A DNA stretch of 64,000 nt, taken from the NCBI GenBank assembly GCA_964276515.1, contig OZ193909.1, positions 18,662,001 to 18,726,000 on the forward strand, written 5' to 3'. Below the pieces are notes generated by a model. The model worked only from the letters and a program-made list of their open reading frames with translations, was not told where the DNA came from and ran no database searches. The stretch is from Gordius albopunctatus. Its lineage: Eukaryota. The position numbers and the translations under genes are program-made. This document shows, piece after piece, positions 60,823 to 64,000 of the stretch (position 1 is its first letter; every line of letters starts with the position of its first letter).

Positions 60823-63800
60823 TTATAGCGATATGATAGTTTATTGGAATTTGAAAATGCGCGATTCGATGACAGGAAATTTCATAACCACAAAATTACA
60901 TTTCGTTACAAAAACACACTTGGTACATCATACATTTTTGTTACATAACACAATCGTTACATCTCTCCCCGTTTATCCAGCTTTAAATCTCTTCAACTAA
61001 TCTCCGCGGTGGCTTCCTTGGTCTATTTCCTCTTCTTAAGTTTCCATCATCTTTATATTCCGGTATGTTAATATCTACCGGTAATAGTTCTTCCCGTATT
61101 GCTCTCCAGGTTCTTGTCTTGATATCTCTTGATCATCTGGTGTTGATATCTCTTGATCATAAACTACCTCCTCCTCTTCAAATGATGCATCATTTACAAC
61201 CGGACAAGCCGAATTTTTCTCTTTAACAACCTCCTCTTCTCTTTTTCTCAATTGGTCAGCATGTTTGCGCACGACTTTATTGTTACTTTCAACGCTATAG
61301 GACAGTAACCCATTCCTAGCGAGTACTTTTCCTTCCCGCCATCCTGGTACCAATTCATTTTTTACCCAGACTAATTCATTTATTTCAAAGTTTCGTGGAC
61401 GTGTCGTCATATCGTGGTGAAAAGCTTGTTTTCTAATTTTGTGTTCCATAATGGTTTGGGGACTTGGTCGGGACCAATCAAGCATTGTCCGATTCCTCCG
61501 TCCAAAAGCATCTTGGATGGCGACCTACCTGTTGAGTTATGTTCACAAACCCTGTATGTTGATAAAATTTCATTCATACACTCCTCCGGATCGTTGATGT
61601 CTTCTCTGGTGGCCAAGTAACGGCTTTTTAGTGTTCTAATACATCTCTCTGCACAACCATTCGTCTTGGGATGGTACGGAGAGGTCAGGATATGCACTAT
61701 ATTATAATTCTTGCAGAATTGCCTAAACTCCACGGAAGTAAACTGAGGTCCATTATCGCTGACTATTTGACGTGGAACACCAAATCGAGCAAACCATCCT
61801 ATTAGTTTTTTTTATCAATATTTTAGAATATGTATTCCTAAGGAGTTCCACTTCAATCCACTTTGAATAAGAGTCAATACCGACAAACCAGTAGTAGGAG
61901 TCCATCGGTCCTGCTAGATCTATATGTAATCGTTCCCAAGGCGTGTTCGTTACGTTCCACGAATATAATGGAACTTCAGGAATATTTATGCGGTTCCTTT
62001 GACAATTACCACAATTCGCAATAAATTTACTAATTTCTACGTCCAAACCTGGCCAGTAAACATAATATCTACTAATAGATTTCATTGCGTGAATCCCAGG
62101 GTGTCCTCTATGCAAAATATTTAATAACGATTTACGTAGTGTCTTTGGTATGACTATTCGGCCGTTCCATTGTATGATACCCTTATCCGAACATAATTCA
62201 CTTTTCCTATTGAAATACGTTAATACATCTTCGCCGACGGCATTTTTGTTTACATTCCAACTTTGATCTATATATATTAAGACTTTCTTGAGCGTGCTAT
62301 CACCAAGAGTTTCCTTCGCGATTGTTTTTTCCGACACCTGTAAGTCTTCTAGCGTAATTGACTTTAGGCAGGTAAAATTTCTTTCATCTTCCGATAGCCC
62401 CTCGTTAATTTCCGATAAGGGTAGTCGCGACAAGGCATCTGCAACGCAATTTTCTTTCCCAGGTCGATATTCTAAACTATAATCATAGGCAGACAACTTC
62501 CACGACCACCTTATTAATCGATTGTTGCCAATTTTGGAGATATCCTGATATCCGCCAAATAGCCGCTCCAAAGGTTTGTGGTCTGTACGCAAGGTAAACT
62601 TCCTTCCAAATATATAGGCGTGGAATTTTTCACAGCCAAACAACAATGCCCTCGCTTCTTTGTCAATCGAGGCATAGTTTTTTTCTGATTTTGAAAGAGT
62701 CCTTGACGCGTAAGCAATCGGTTTTTCCAACCCGTTGGACAGTTGGTGCATTAAAACGGCTCCGAATCCATCATTTGAAGCGTCGCAATCAAGGATTACA
62801 GGTAAATCCATTGAATAGGGAATAACAGTGTCTTTATGAGTTAAGATTGTCTTAACTTTTTTATAGACAGCGTCTTCTATTGGTGTCCAAGTCCACTTAC
62901 ACTTTGAACTTGTCAATCGATGTAGCGGAGCGCATATACTATGAAGATGGGGAATAAACTTCTCATAGTAATTTATCAGGCCCAAAAAGGCCCTTAACTG
63001 CTGTACGTTTTGCGGAATCGGTGCCTCTCGTATTGCTCGAATTTTCTCCGGCATTGGGTGTATACCAAATTTGTCTATACGAAATCCCAAAAAAGTCACA
63101 GACTCTTCTAAGAATTTAACTTTCGCCAACTTTGCTTTTAATCCGGCATTATTCAGTTTCGATAATACCACTGTTAAATTGCGGAAATGCTCCTCATCGT
63201 TCTCACCCGTCACTATCACATCATCTAGGTACACTCCCGTCTTTTTGCAATCCTTCAGCAAGTCGTCCATATATCTCTGGAATAGTATTGGTGCTGAGGC
63301 GAGTCCAAACGGCAACCGTTTGTAGCGATAATAGCCCACATGTGTATTGATGATTAGAAAATTTTGGGATTGCTCATCCACCCTCATTTTTAGATATGCA
63401 TCCTTTAGGTCGATCGTCGTAAACTTTTTTCCCCCGGATATTTTTGCCACAATATCATCAAATGTGGGTAAGATGTGGTAGTCTTTAAGAAGAAAAGGGT
63501 TCAATGTGACCCTAAAATCCCCACAAATACGAATATCCCCATTATTTTTCCTAACGTATACCGTTGGTGTCGCCCATTCAACCCGACATTTAGAAGGTTC
63601 GACCTTTTCGATTATATCCGCCGCCAAGAGTCTATCTAATTCCTTTTCTATCGGTCCCCGTAATGGAAAGGGCACCCGACGGGCCGGCAGAACCTTCCCA
63701 CTAGCTGAAGATTCAACGTTTATACGAACTGAACAACCATTTATGACTCCCGGTCGATCATCAAAAATTCCGGCAAATTTCTTTATTAGATTATCAATTT

Positions 63801-64000
63801 TGGTACTCGAGTTTTGATTTAAAGTAGTTACTGATTGTTGAACCTTAGAAATTTTGACACATTTCGGAATGTACAGTCCAAAATTTAATATCCAAGGCAA
63901 GCCAAATAAGGGTGTATCAGATGTTTTTGTCACGACGACAGGTAGTAATTTGCTCTTATTGCCTAGCCCCACTTTAACGCTTGTTTCGCCGATTACATCC
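60823..64000 (-). mobile_element. Mag-like Ty3/Gypsy retrotransposon (pol and 3' LTR), runs off the window
   Basis: RT YLDD, RNase H CDAS/DKEA, integrase HRGH..C..C and PYHPKTNGCAER; frameshifts near 61810 and 61490; PPT ggggagaga; 3' LTR about 60961-60823. Confidence 0.92.

Overview
AT-rich eukaryotic (animal-like) genomic DNA dominated by transposable elements, many of them nested. Host genes I could reconstruct: an intronless class A GPCR (13181-14509), NRBF2/Atg38 (5 exons, minus strand), RABL3 (7 exons, plus strand), and a two-copy unknown secreted-protein family in which both copies are interrupted by transposons. NRBF2 and RABL3 are not seen as whole genes in the ORF track because they are split by very short introns (many 34-55 nt). 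DNA transposons: a Tc1-like DD34E element, a spliced MULE, a nearly intact spliced hAT with an 8-bp TSD, and several MITEs. Retroelements: Ty3/Gypsy LTR elements (CsRn1-like and Mag-like, one a complete 3.9-kb copy with identical LTRs), a CRE-like RLE non-LTR element, and RTE LINEs. There is also a foldback-like tandem-repeat structure. The most unusual signal is an extra ORF shared by two divergent Gypsy remnants: it lies after integrase, starts directly behind a splice acceptor, is Arg-rich, and carries a C-x2-C-x3-H-x4-C knuckle. All calls come from manual reading and remembered family motifs; no searches were run.
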